The position numbers and the translations under genes were made by a program. 64,000 bases of DNA from a virus (taxonomy: Duplodnaviria; Caudoviricetes). The DNA lies in the IMG/VR virus record IMGVR_UViG_2548877036_000005, positions 1 through 64,000 of that record; one strand, given 5' to 3'. The notes below the pieces were generated by a model. It was given only the letters and a program-made list of their open reading frames with translations. It made no database searches and was not told where the DNA came from. Shown piece after piece: positions 37,909-47,382 of the stretch; within the stretch, counting starts at the first letter, position 1, and each line of letters begins with the position of its first letter.

Positions 37909-37942
37909 TTCCCTTATCCCTTGCTCTTGCGCCGATACATAG

Positions 37943-37971
37943 ACTGTATCTATTGGATACGCGACTGTCAA
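37943..37971 (-). promoter_or_regulatory. SigA-like promoter with palindromic operator
   Basis: TTGACA-17-TACAGT; GTATC-N5-GATAC across spacer and -10. Confidence 0.8.
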
Positions 37972-38134
37972 GACCATCTGTCGAAAATCTTTTCCACTGC
38001 ATCATGTTCCCCACGGGCACACGCCACGGTGGCTGTGCAGCCAGGGGAGAACAGGCGCGCTACCCAACATCCGCATTCCACATCTAAACGCGCCACACGC
38101 CCATCTGGGAGCCTTTTATGCCCCGTCCTGGTGA

Positions 38135-38461
38135 TCATGACGACTCGCCCCATACGCCACGCCACACGTCAGCTTCGGGCACATATTCGGCCATATGGTC
38201 AAAGAACCCGATGGCCTCACCCGGATAGTGGGCATGCACTAGGTGTGCGACTGTCCATCTGTCCGCATTCCATGTAGACCGGCCTTCGCCTAGGTCTTCT
38301 ACTCCATGGTCTGCGAGATGGTCGCATGCCTCCCATGCCCACTGTGGGCTTCCTGCTATGCGGGCCATGGCGTACACCTCGGCTAGGTCTTCTGACCGCA
38401 TGGTGTGGATGTCCCATCCCAGTTCACGTATTGCCTGGTCTATGTCTGACATTGCGCTCAT
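38135..38461 (-). CDS. Hypothetical protein (leaderless)
   Basis: ATG 6 nt after the -10. Confidence 0.6.
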   Translation of the reverse strand: MSAMSDIDQAIRELGWDIHTMRSEDLAEVYAMARIAGSPQWAWEACDHLADHGVEDLGEGRSTWNADRWTVAHLVHAHYPGEAIGFFDHMAEYVPEADVWRGVWGESS

Positions 38462-38467
38462 ACCACC

Positions 38468-38496
38468 GTTGTATCCGACAGATACACCACTGTCAA
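38468..38496 (-). promoter_or_regulatory. SigA-like promoter with palindromic operator
   Basis: TTGACA-17-TACAAC; TGTATC-N5-GATACA. Confidence 0.7.
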
Positions 38497-38551
38497 CCCC
38501 TAATCAACACATTAGGGGAATACACACACCCCCTAACACACAGGAGGCCCT

Positions 38552-38716
38552 ATGAGCACAGTGCACGTACTACCCAACAACGACCTCATAGACCACGAAG
38601 ACGTAGGCACGGGCTGTGTGTGCGGCCCTACCACCACACCCGTACCTAGGGATGACGGCACATATGGATGGGTGATCACCCACCACTCACTAGATGGCAG
38701 GGAACTACACGAATAA
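38552..38716 (+). CDS. 54-aa His/Cys protein (missing from ORF track)
   Basis: AGGAGG RBS; MSTVHVLPNNDLIDH...CVCGP...HHSLDGRE. Confidence 0.7.
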   Translation: MSTVHVLPNNDLIDHEDVGTGCVCGPTTTPVPRDDGTYGWVITHHSLDGRELHE

Positions 38717-38719
38717 CCC

Positions 38720-39030
38720 ACACACGGCACATAGTCAGCCATGTTTGCTACACACACTGATACAGCAACCACACATACATGCATTGACATGGACTGACAC
38801 AACACAAGCAACACACACCACTTCACACAAACACCACACCCAAGCAACCAACACCCCAACCCCCACCCGAAACAACAACACACCCCTGACCTGCACAAAC
38901 ACAACCCCCTGGGGGGTAACCCCAGCAAACACGCAGGCCCCGCCACGCACAGCAAGCGGGCGCTCTCTCTCCGGGGTTTTCAGACGTAAAAAGTGCCTTG
39001 TTTTGGGTGCGACCTGCTGTTTTCGAGCAT
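38720..39030. other. Probable virion genome end/packaging region
   Basis: Extreme C/A-rich tract switching to G/T-rich near 38960; CCCCC-T-GGGGGG, CTCTCTCTCC; upstream of terminase. Confidence 0.5.
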
Positions 39031-39045
39031 TTTTGGGGGATTTTG

Positions 39046-39303
39046 ATGGCTTCGGATTGGATGAAGCATTACAGGGTGAAGAAAGTGCCCGCTCAATTCG
39101 ATGAATGGGGTTGGTCGTCGGCGCATTGGGCTGCGTATGCCCCGTGTAGTTGGGAGCCTAGTGGCCGGTTTTATAGCTGGACTGAGGCGATGGCTTGGGT
39201 GAATGCGAAGATATTAGATGCGGGGCTGGCGGTGGTGGACTTTATCGGTTCCAACGGGTTCCGGTATCGGATTTCGGGGGGCGAGGCCCTAGAAGGATGC
39301 TGA
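39046..39303 (+). CDS. Hypothetical protein
   Basis: GGGGGA RBS, ATG 39046. Confidence 0.5.
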   Translation: MASDWMKHYRVKKVPAQFDEWGWSSAHWAAYAPCSWEPSGRFYSWTEAMAWVNAKILDAGLAVVDFIGSNGFRYRISGGEALEGC

Positions 39304-39375
39304 CTTAACAATCACTTTTCGGCGCTGGCCGGATTAACAAAAGTTCACGGACTGTATTCAACACTGGGGGGTGTT

Positions 39376-39726
39376 ATGTCTGAAGTACCTGAGGGTTTAG
39401 GGCTTGCTGGTGCGGCTTTGTGGGCGGATGTATGCCGGGGGCGCCAGTTGTCGGCTGCTAATAAGATTCTGCTGCTTAATGCGTGTCGTATTGCCGATAA
39501 TTTGGATAATTTGGCTGCTGAGACACCTAAAGAGCGGGTTATTTCGCGGAATCATTTGGACACCGAGTCTATTCATCCGACTATTTCGGAGTTCCGTCAG
39601 CAGGCTACGGCTTTGCACACGATGTTGACGAAGTTGGGTGTCGCGGATATGCCTGCCGAGTCTGGTAATGGCGGCGGGTTCTTTGATCAGTTGGCGGCTA
39701 AACGCAAGGAGCGTGAAGCCGGGTGA
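39376..39726 (+). CDS. Terminase small subunit
   Basis: P.GLG.AG.ALW...ACRIAD.LD...HP.I.E.RQ; directly before large subunit. Confidence 0.85.
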   Translation: MSEVPEGLGLAGAALWADVCRGRQLSAANKILLLNACRIADNLDNLAAETPKERVISRNHLDTESIHPTISEFRQQATALHTMLTKLGVADMPAESGNGGGFFDQLAAKRKEREAG

Positions 39727-41246
39727 CGTTGGCGCTGGATAGCGGCCTGATTGGCTGCCAAACCCCGCGCCTATTCCACTACCCGGACACTAGCTTTCCG
39801 CTGTATAACACCACCCTTGCTGATGATGCTGTTGATTGCGCTTACGTGCTGGGCTATGACCTGCTGGACTGGCAGGAAGACCTGCTTCGCCGTTCTTACG
39901 GGCGTAATGAGCGCGATAAGTGGGTTGCCCGCTCCGTTCTGCTGATTATCACTCGCCAGCAGGGCAAGACGGAGCTGATTGAGGTTCGTGAAGCCACCGG
40001 CTTGATTCTGCTGAATGAGCGGATCTTTCATACGTCGCAGCAGGCGAAGACGAACTCCCAGGCGTGGTTGTCGCTGCGGAACCGGTTGTACACCGTCCCG
40101 GATTTGGCTGCTCTTTTAGATAAGCCGAAGAACGGTGGCGAGGAAGTTTCGATCCGCCGTGCAACGCTGAAACGCGGTGATCCTGGTGGTAGGCCGGGGG
40201 ATGAGGGCGGGTTTGTCCGCTATATCTCTCGCAACAAGGATTCTGGTCGCGGTTTCACGGAAATCGATCTCGTTATCTATGACGAGGCGTACGCGCTGAC
40301 AGATGTTGAGATGGGTGCTTTGAAGCCCACCCAGTCGGCTTCGCGTAATCCGCAGACTTGGTATGCGTCTTCAGCCGGTACGGAGGATTCGGAGGTTCTG
40401 ACCAGGCAGCGTGAAGCGGGCATGGCGGGGTCTAACCCGCAGCAGCTTTATGCGGAGTGGTCGTTGCCGGAGGGTTCTGATCCGACTAAGCGGGAGTTGT
40501 GGCCTACGGCGAAGCCTTCGCTGGGCGCGGATTTCTGTCCAGTTGAGAACTTGGAGTCCGATTTCCAGGAAATGGACTTGAAAGAGTTCGCTCGCGAGCA
40601 CATGGGCATGTGGGATGACCCGCGCATGAACTCGGTGATCGATCTGAATGCGTGGGATGAGCGGACGGAGCCTGATGTTGATGGTGTTCCCCCGGAAATT
40701 CCGGTCGATTGGATTGTTGCTGCGCTGGATGTTGCGCCGGATCGGTCAAGTTGGTCTGCGACTATTTGTGGGAAGCGCCCTGATGGCCGTCACCATGGCG
40801 AGGTCGTTGCGCACGAGTCGGGCGGCACGACGGGAATTCTGCCGACGTTCCAAAAGCTAAGAACGTCTTCTAATGCTCCGCGTGCTGTGGCTGTTCAGGC
40901 TGGTGGCCGCGCCGGGGATTTCGGGCCGGAGCTGGAACAAATCGGATTCAAGGTTGTCTATTTCGGGTCTCGCGAGATTGCGAATGCGACCGGCCAGCTA
41001 GAAGACGATGTTACGGGCGGCAAGTTGTCGCATTTAGATGATCCTTTCCTTTTCGATGGGCTCGCTGGCGCCACTAAGTATCAGATTGGTGGCGATGAGG
41101 AGCGTTCCGGGGGTTGGGGTTGGCTGCGAAAGAATTCTGCGGTCGATATTACGGGAATTGTTGCGTTTTCGTACGCAAATAGGCTTTTGACGTTGGAGTC
41201 CGTTGAGGAAACTTTGGCGAAGAAGAAAAGGCATAGGATGTGGTAG
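39723..41246 (+). CDS. Terminase large subunit
   Basis: RQQGKT Walker A, IYDEA Walker B, LDVAPDR nuclease. Confidence 0.93.
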   Translation: MTLALDSGLIGCQTPRLFHYPDTSFPLYNTTLADDAVDCAYVLGYDLLDWQEDLLRRSYGRNERDKWVARSVLLIITRQQGKTELIEVREATGLILLNERIFHTSQQAKTNSQAWLSLRNRLYTVPDLAALLDKPKNGGEEVSIRRATLKRGDPGGRPGDEGGFVRYISRNKDSGRGFTEIDLVIYDEAYALTDVEMGALKPTQSASRNPQTWYASSAGTEDSEVLTRQREAGMAGSNPQQLYAEWSLPEGSDPTKRELWPTAKPSLGADFCPVENLESDFQEMDLKEFAREHMGMWDDPRMNSVIDLNAWDERTEPDVDGVPPEIPVDWIVAALDVAPDRSSWSATICGKRPDGRHHGEVVAHESGGTTGILPTFQKLRTSSNAPRAVAVQAGGRAGDFGPELEQIGFKVVYFGSREIANATGQLEDDVTGGKLSHLDDPFLFDGLAGATKYQIGGDEERSGGWGWLRKNSAVDITGIVAFSYANRLLTLESVEETLAKKKRHRMW

Positions 41247-42701
41247 TTGTCTATTATTGAGTTACCGGCACAAATTACTGCGGGGGACGTAAAAGAATTT
41301 GTGACCGAGGTAATGTATCCGGAATTTACCCGCATCAAACATGAGTTAGATAAGTTTCGTCTGTGGGTGACTGGACGGCAGCCCTACTATTTGGCTTTGC
41401 CTGCGGTTTCTAAAGAGAAGCAGGCCCTTCAGGAGTTGGCGCGGACTCCCTGGCTCGGTTTGGCTGTTAATACGCTGGCTCAGTGCCTTTTCGTGGACGG
41501 TTATAGGTCGGATGGTTCGGATAAGAACTCTGAGGGGCCATGGCGGACTTGGAATGCTAACGATTTTCAGACTCAGCAGATAGGCATTCATCGTGCGGCG
41601 CTAACGTACGGGTATTCGTATGCGCGTGCTTTGCGGGGTACAGCGTTTGACGGGTCTAATCAGGCTGTTTTTAAGGCTTTGTCTCCTCGTAGGGCGCTGT
41701 GTTTCTACGAGGACCCGGTTAGTGACCCGTATCCTCTGTATGCGATTGAGATTCTGCCGAATAATCGCGGTGTCCGCATGTATGATGCGAACGTTTACTA
41801 TGATTTGCCGTTTCCGTTCAAGAATTTGAATGAAATCACGATCACACCGGTTGAGCACAATGTTGGTGTTACACCGTTTGTGCGGTATGTGAATCAGGTC
41901 GATTTGGATGGGTACTGCATGGGTGAGGTTGAATATCTAATTCAGGCGGCGTCTCGTATCGATAAGACTGATTTCGATTTGATGTTGGCTCAGCATTTCA
42001 ACTCGTGGAAGGTTCGTTGGGCGACAGGTATTGATGACCTGGACTCGGGGGCTGAGGAGTTCAGTGCGGAGGATGCTGAGCGCGCGAAGATGATCCTTAG
42101 CCAGGATTCCACGCTGGTGCACGGCAACAAAGACGCCAAATTTGGGACGCTCGATGAGACGGACCTGTCGGGGCTGATCTCGGCGCACGACTCCTCGGTG
42201 GAATCGTTCGCGGCCAACGCTCAGCTCCCGGCTTACGCGTTCGGGCATATGTCGAATCTATCGGCGGACACGCTGGCTGCGGCGAACTGGGGGATGACCC
42301 AGAAACTTTTCGAACGCCAGATGACTTTCGGTAGTGGCCACAACAAGCTGAATCGGCTGGGATGCCACATCGAGGGCGATGTTGAGGGCGCTAAGGATTT
42401 CTCGGCGTCGTGCACGTGGCAGGACATGTCGGTGAGGTCGCTGGCTCAGGCTGTTGATGCCTGGGGCAAGGCGGCGACGATGCTCGCAGTTCCGAAGGAA
42501 GGGCTGTGGCCGAAGCTTCCGGGTGTCACCCAGTCTGAGGCGAAGTCTTGGAAGGCTATCCAGGAGTCGAATGATCCGATGGCGGTGTTTAACCGTTATT
42601 GGGGTGCGCAGGCTGGTGTTGACCTTGATGGGAAGTTGATCAAGAGCGCCCCTGCGGAGCAACCTAAGGGCGTTCCAGGTAACGACCCTAGCTCTCGCTA
42701 G
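41247..42701 (+). CDS. Portal protein
   Basis: Position, size, actinophage SPP1-like portal motifs. Confidence 0.9.
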   Translation: MSIIELPAQITAGDVKEFVTEVMYPEFTRIKHELDKFRLWVTGRQPYYLALPAVSKEKQALQELARTPWLGLAVNTLAQCLFVDGYRSDGSDKNSEGPWRTWNANDFQTQQIGIHRAALTYGYSYARALRGTAFDGSNQAVFKALSPRRALCFYEDPVSDPYPLYAIEILPNNRGVRMYDANVYYDLPFPFKNLNEITITPVEHNVGVTPFVRYVNQVDLDGYCMGEVEYLIQAASRIDKTDFDLMLAQHFNSWKVRWATGIDDLDSGAEEFSAEDAERAKMILSQDSTLVHGNKDAKFGTLDETDLSGLISAHDSSVESFAANAQLPAYAFGHMSNLSADTLAAANWGMTQKLFERQMTFGSGHNKLNRLGCHIEGDVEGAKDFSASCTWQDMSVRSLAQAVDAWGKAATMLAVPKEGLWPKLPGVTQSEAKSWKAIQESNDPMAVFNRYWGAQAGVDLDGKLIKSAPAEQPKGVPGNDPSSR

Positions 42702-42712
42702 GGGGTTACCTG

Positions 42713-43693
42713 TTGGCGTCTCAGAATCAAAATCAGGGCCGTTTGGAAGCCGCTCCGGCGTTGGCTTCGTATCTTTCTGTTCAGCAGCAGTTGGTGCAGC
42801 AGCAGATTGCTGCGGATGTTGCTGCGGGCATGTTGCTGTTGTGGCCGATTATTGCTTTCAACAGTGTGGATGCTACGTCCCAGCCGTGGCTGCATGCGGC
42901 TATGTTGCAGGTGCAGTCGGGGTTTGATCGGTCTGCGCGTGTGGCTGCCGAGTTTGTGCAGAATTCGTTGTGGGCGGTGGAGCCTGAGGCTTTGGTGTTG
43001 CCGGATGTGCCGGTTGGTTTTCCGGCTGGTGATGTTGCGCGGGCTTTGATGGCTACGGGGCCTGGTGGCGTGAAGTCTCGTATGCCCGCTCCGGAGGAAG
43101 AGGTAATGCCTAAGGCGTTGGCTGATTCGACGGGGGCCGGTGTTTCGAAGGCTATGGATGGTGGCCGGTCGAAAGTGATCGCGACTGTCCGCGACATGGC
43201 ACCGGCCCGTAAGGCTCGTAGGCGTGCGATTGGGTGGGCTCGGGTTACAGACAACGATCCCTGCTATTTCTGCGGCCTGCTGGCGTCTCAGGGCGCCTTT
43301 TATGTGCGTGAAGACTCGTTTAAGGCGAGTAACGCAAAGTTTGTTGGCGATGGTGTTGCGAAGGTGCATGACCATTGCCGCTGCTCGCTTCGTCCTGTGT
43401 ATTCGACTAAGGATGACATGGATGAGCGGGCCAATTACTTCCTGAATCAGTGGAATGACGCTGAACCTGATCCGTCGCGGCTTGGTGATACGAAAATGAA
43501 GGCTTATCGACGGAATTTTATAGCGCCGCCTGATTACAGGTTGGGTGATGTTTTATCTCTTGATGAGCGGCGGAACATTGTTGATGTTGCTCGTCGTAAC
43601 CGTGATGTTTTGTTGTTGGGTCGCGGGTTGAGGGAAGATTCCCCTCAAGTGGCTTTCTGGGAGTCACAAATCAGAAACCTAGAAGTTATCTAG
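42713..43693 (+). CDS. Capsid maturation/MuF-like head protein
   Basis: WARV...PCYFC.LLASQG...HDHCRC. Confidence 0.8.
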   Translation: MASQNQNQGRLEAAPALASYLSVQQQLVQQQIAADVAAGMLLLWPIIAFNSVDATSQPWLHAAMLQVQSGFDRSARVAAEFVQNSLWAVEPEALVLPDVPVGFPAGDVARALMATGPGGVKSRMPAPEEEVMPKALADSTGAGVSKAMDGGRSKVIATVRDMAPARKARRRAIGWARVTDNDPCYFCGLLASQGAFYVREDSFKASNAKFVGDGVAKVHDHCRCSLRPVYSTKDDMDERANYFLNQWNDAEPDPSRLGDTKMKAYRRNFIAPPDYRLGDVLSLDERRNIVDVARRNRDVLLLGRGLREDSPQVAFWESQIRNLEVI

Positions 43694-43718
43694 GGCGCGG
43701 TACAGACACGCGATTTCA

Positions 43719-44405
43719 TTGTCTGGTTATTTTGAAGGAAGTTCACAAACAGTAATGAGTAATGAAAATTCTCCAGTAGACCTGAATGGTGTTGGCGATA
43801 AGGTTGACGCGGTTTTCGATGAGGTGCTGGGCGCCGAACCGAAGGCTGATCCGAAGCCTGCCGAACCTGTCGAGAAGTCGGAACCTAAGCCCGTTAAGGA
43901 ATATGTTCCGCCCGCGTCGCAGGAGGCTCTTGACAAGATTATTAACAGCCGACTTGATCGCGCTACGTCTAAGTATAAAGACTACGACGACATCAAGAAG
44001 CAGTTGGATGATCTGCTTTCCGAGAAGGAGAAGGCCGAAACGGCGAAGCTTGACGACGTTGAGAAGGAAAGGCGTCGGGCAGAGCAGGCCGAGAAGCGTG
44101 CTGCCGAGTTGGAGGCTGCTGCCGCGAAGCGTGACCGGGCTGACCTGGTGCGCGATATAGGTGACGAGCTGGGCTTGCCGCCGAAGCTGCGAGGCCGGGT
44201 TCAGGGCGAAACTGATGAGGAGATTAGGGCTGATATTGCTGAGCTTCTTGAAGGATTGCCGCAGGCGGATAAGTCTGCGCCTGCTGGTCCTCCGGCGTCT
44301 GCACCTAAAGAGAAGGTGAAACTTTCCGCTAATGGCATTGAGCCTCCGGAGGTTACGTCGGATGACATTTTGGATGCTGTAGGCCGGGGCGGTCTACATT
44401 TCTAG
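43719..44405 (+). CDS. Scaffolding protein
   Basis: SQEALDKII..RL.R...KYKDYDD coiled coil; before capsid. Confidence 0.85.
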   Translation: MSGYFEGSSQTVMSNENSPVDLNGVGDKVDAVFDEVLGAEPKADPKPAEPVEKSEPKPVKEYVPPASQEALDKIINSRLDRATSKYKDYDDIKKQLDDLLSEKEKAETAKLDDVEKERRRAEQAEKRAAELEAAAAKRDRADLVRDIGDELGLPPKLRGRVQGETDEEIRADIAELLEGLPQADKSAPAGPPASAPKEKVKLSANGIEPPEVTSDDILDAVGRGGLHF

Positions 44406-44453
44406 TTTTCTGTAAACACAATTTAATAACATAATTTAATAGGGGGAATCTTC

Positions 44454-45626
44454 GTGCCTGATCATGAAGTTCTTAAGTCTAGTCTTGTCATTGACTCGGC
44501 TTTGAAGCTGCTGCGCCGTGAGCGCATTTTGGCAGCGATGGTCACTGACCATGGTGTGTCTAACTGGGGTGGTTCTGAGGGCGACACGATCACTATTCGC
44601 GTGCCTGGCGTCATGCGTGCAAACCAGCGCGGTATTCGCGATGCGAACCGGACGCTGGCGGAAAGCTCGATTGTCGAGTACCCGGTCCCCGTGACCATTG
44701 ACCAGCACCTTTACCAGGCAGTTCCGATGAAGGATGAGCAGCTTTCGCTGGATATCCGCGATTGGGCTCGCCAGGTGCTTTTCCCGATGGTTCAGTCGAT
44801 TGGCGAACTCAATGAGTCGAATCTTGCGAGCCTGATTGAGACCGCTCCTTACCAGGAGACTATCGCTATCGATCCTACTGACACCTTCAAGGCGTTTTCG
44901 ACTGCGGTTCAGCGTTTGTCTGAGACCAATGTTCCGAAGCCTGGCCGTGTGCTGGTTGTGGGTTCTGCCGTTGCGACTGCTCTGCGCAATGACACCCAGT
45001 TCCGTCACGCCGATTTCTCGGGTGACGCAGCGAACTCTGCTCTGCGCGAGGCGTGGGTTTCTCGTATCGCTGGCATGAATGTGATTGAGTCGCAGTGGAT
45101 TTCGCAGGATTCTGCGTACATCTTCCACCCGACCGCGTTCCTGGTCACCTACCAGGCTCCGGCTGTGCCTCGTGGCGTTTCCTACGGTTCTTCGGCTGCG
45201 GTTGATGGCCTGGCGCTTCGGTTCCTGGCTGACTACAACTACGGCGGCCTGAATGACCGGTACGTGCTGGACACCTACGCGGGCTACAACACCATTTCTG
45301 ATCCCGATCAGGGGTTTGTGCGCGCGGTGAAGCTGCGTCTGGCGATGACTGGAAACATCAACGTGGTTTCTGCTGGTGGCACCACTGTGTCTATGGCTGT
45401 TGGCGATACCTTGCAGCTGAAGATCCGTGACGACAACGGCGCTCTGATCACTGATCGTTGCACCTTTGTTTCGGGTACTCCGGCCAAGGCGACTGTCACT
45501 GCTGGCCCCGGCTACGAAAATGGTGGTCTGGTTACCGCTGTCGCGGTCGGTACTTCGGCTATCACTGTCACTTACGCCGGTCCTAGCGGTAATAAGACCG
45601 CGACCGTGAACGTGACGGTGGCTTAG
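44454..45626 (+). CDS. Major capsid protein with C-terminal Ig-like domain
   Basis: GDTITIRVP, VP..GR.LVVG; Big_2-like tail. Confidence 0.9.
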   Translation: MPDHEVLKSSLVIDSALKLLRRERILAAMVTDHGVSNWGGSEGDTITIRVPGVMRANQRGIRDANRTLAESSIVEYPVPVTIDQHLYQAVPMKDEQLSLDIRDWARQVLFPMVQSIGELNESNLASLIETAPYQETIAIDPTDTFKAFSTAVQRLSETNVPKPGRVLVVGSAVATALRNDTQFRHADFSGDAANSALREAWVSRIAGMNVIESQWISQDSAYIFHPTAFLVTYQAPAVPRGVSYGSSAAVDGLALRFLADYNYGGLNDRYVLDTYAGYNTISDPDQGFVRAVKLRLAMTGNINVVSAGGTTVSMAVGDTLQLKIRDDNGALITDRCTFVSGTPAKATVTAGPGYENGGLVTAVAVGTSAITVTYAGPSGNKTATVNVTVA

Positions 45627-45631
45627 CAGCT

Positions 45632-46138
45632 ATGCGAGCAGGGTTAGCGAGTATTGATGACCTGCAAACCCTGATCAAGCGGACGTTAGCGGGGGACGAT
45701 CTGGAGCAAGCGACTTTGCTGCTCCAGATCGTTTCTTCGTGGGTTCGGGTTTTAGCAGGTAAGTACGGCGTCGAGGACTGGCCGGATGCCCCTGTGGGGG
45801 TGCCGGATGATGTGCAGTCTGTGGTTTTGTTGGCGGTTGCCCGAGAGTTGGGTAAGCCCGTGGGGGAGCGGATTACGCAGAGGGTGATGGGGCCGTTCGC
45901 GGTCACTTTCGCTCCACCTCCGGACGGGTTTTTTCTGCCTGCGGAGTTGCAGATTTTGCGCCGGTTCCGACCTAGTTCGGGTTTACGGGCTGTTGGTACG
46001 TCTCGGGGCGAGACTGGCCGACCGTGGATTGGCCGCTCACGTCTCGGCGTGAATGGTGTCCCGTATCCGTGGAGTGATGTGCCTCCGGGCATGGCCTGGT
46101 GGGAGTCCGATTATGACTGGGCTGATTGGCCATGGTGA
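45632..46138 (+). CDS. Head-to-tail adaptor
   Basis: LAS.DDL...GPF; position. Confidence 0.75.
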   Translation: MRAGLASIDDLQTLIKRTLAGDDLEQATLLLQIVSSWVRVLAGKYGVEDWPDAPVGVPDDVQSVVLLAVARELGKPVGERITQRVMGPFAVTFAPPPDGFFLPAELQILRRFRPSSGLRAVGTSRGETGRPWIGRSRLGVNGVPYPWSDVPPGMAWWESDYDWADWPW

Positions 46139-46470
46139 CTGAGACGGTACAGGTCAAACGAGGCGGCACTGACCGTATGGGGGTGCCGAATAAGTCTGCA
46201 CACGGCACTGCTGAGGTGGTGTTTGCGTGGGGTGCGGGTTCTAGGTCGGTTGGTTCGTTTTCCCGGAAGGGTGAGCGCGGCGAGTCTGCGGCTATCACCG
46301 GCCAGATTTATGTGGCGCGCGGCGAGGATCTGGAGGCTCGTGACCGCATTGTGCGGTCTAACGGCGAGGAATACGTGATTGTCGGGCATGCCTTGTGGGA
46401 TCAGAATGACCCATTCGGCGGCTATGACTTTGGCTGGATGGTCTTCCAGGTGGAGTCATATAATGCCTAA
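46132..46470 (+). CDS. Head-to-tail stopper
   Basis: TDRMG.P...DL.ARDRI....EEY.IVG. Confidence 0.7.
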   Translation: MVTETVQVKRGGTDRMGVPNKSAHGTAEVVFAWGAGSRSVGSFSRKGERGESAAITGQIYVARGEDLEARDRIVRSNGEEYVIVGHALWDQNDPFGGYDFGWMVFQVESYNA

Positions 46471-46840
46471 TGATCATTTCTTGACTGACGTGAATGTGTA
46501 TAAGCCGAATAAGGCTTTGGCCGCGATTCTGTCGGGTGTCGAGGGAAATCTTGAGGGATTTCTTTTGGTGCAGGGCGCCAAGTTTGTTGCCGCGTATCAG
46601 GCGAGGGTCGCTAAGCGTACCGGGCGTTTGGCTGAGTCCGCTGTTGCGCATGTGGTGGCAAATGGTGGCCACAAACATGACCGTCTGGTGGGCAAGGTCA
46701 CTGTCGGTGGCGAGACGGTACGGAATCCGCGTGGCGGGTTTGAGTACACGTTGCTGCATGAGTTCGGCGATAAGGACAAAGAACATCCTGCCGCTAAGGA
46801 TCTTCGCGCCATCGCTCGGGAGATGTGGGGGACTACATGA
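46463..46840 (+). CDS. Neck/tail completion protein
   Basis: KRTGRLA.S...HEFG. Confidence 0.7.
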   Translation: MPNDHFLTDVNVYKPNKALAAILSGVEGNLEGFLLVQGAKFVAAYQARVAKRTGRLAESAVAHVVANGGHKHDRLVGKVTVGGETVRNPRGGFEYTLLHEFGDKDKEHPAAKDLRAIAREMWGTT

Positions 46841-47346
46841 GTTTGATACCCGACTGGCTTCCGGACTGGTGGGAAGACAACTACGTCGATCAGGAACGTC
46901 TGTTGATTGGCCTGTTCGAACAGTTGTTACCTGATGTGACGTGCGGCAGATGGAAGTCTGACGATTATCTCGATGAGCAGGGTCGGCCTGTGGATATCGC
47001 GGTGCCAGAGTTGTGGTTTTGGCGGCAACCAGGTGGCGTTGAGGATTACCAGCGCGGCCACGATATCGGCGTCATTGAGGTGACTGCCGTGTCTGGGCAT
47101 CCTGATTATTCGAATAGGCTGCAAGATTTCGTCCGATCAATCCTTATCCCGATTGAGGGGCAGAAGGTGAAGATGGAGGACGGGTTCGTTGCAACTATTC
47201 AGTGTGTTGAGGGTCTGACTGGCGGTCCTCAGATGTCTCTTCCGGGGCAGCGTATTGACGAACGAATTTCCACTTACCTTTACAAAATCACAGTTGGGCT
47301 TCGGTCTAGGAAACGCTACGGCGATAAGCTACGCGAACTGCTTTAA
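46837..47346 (+). CDS. Tail terminator
   Basis: Position before major tail; LPDWW. Confidence 0.7.
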   Translation: MSLIPDWLPDWWEDNYVDQERLLIGLFEQLLPDVTCGRWKSDDYLDEQGRPVDIAVPELWFWRQPGGVEDYQRGHDIGVIEVTAVSGHPDYSNRLQDFVRSILIPIEGQKVKMEDGFVATIQCVEGLTGGPQMSLPGQRIDERISTYLYKITVGLRSRKRYGDKLRELL

Positions 47347-47382
47347 GTCGCGATTTAACAACTAAATATAGGAAAACTTAAT

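Larger units (their letters stand above)
37091..37919 (-). repeat. Start-associated repeat GATAAGGACTAGATAGATGAG
   Basis: Identical 21-mers at 37091-37111 and 37308-37328; partial copies at 37707-37719 and 37911-37919. Confidence 0.85.

Noticed and set aside
38939-38961. ACAGCAA within a CCCGC/GCGGG hairpin as a fourth array unit
   Set aside because: Lacks TT, TAAA and YGGWTARAGG, and lies in a CA-rich tract where the motif is expected by chance
38533-39104. ORFs of 140, 136 and 71 aa in the CA-rich tract
   Set aside because: Low-complexity translations caused by strand skew; no RBS
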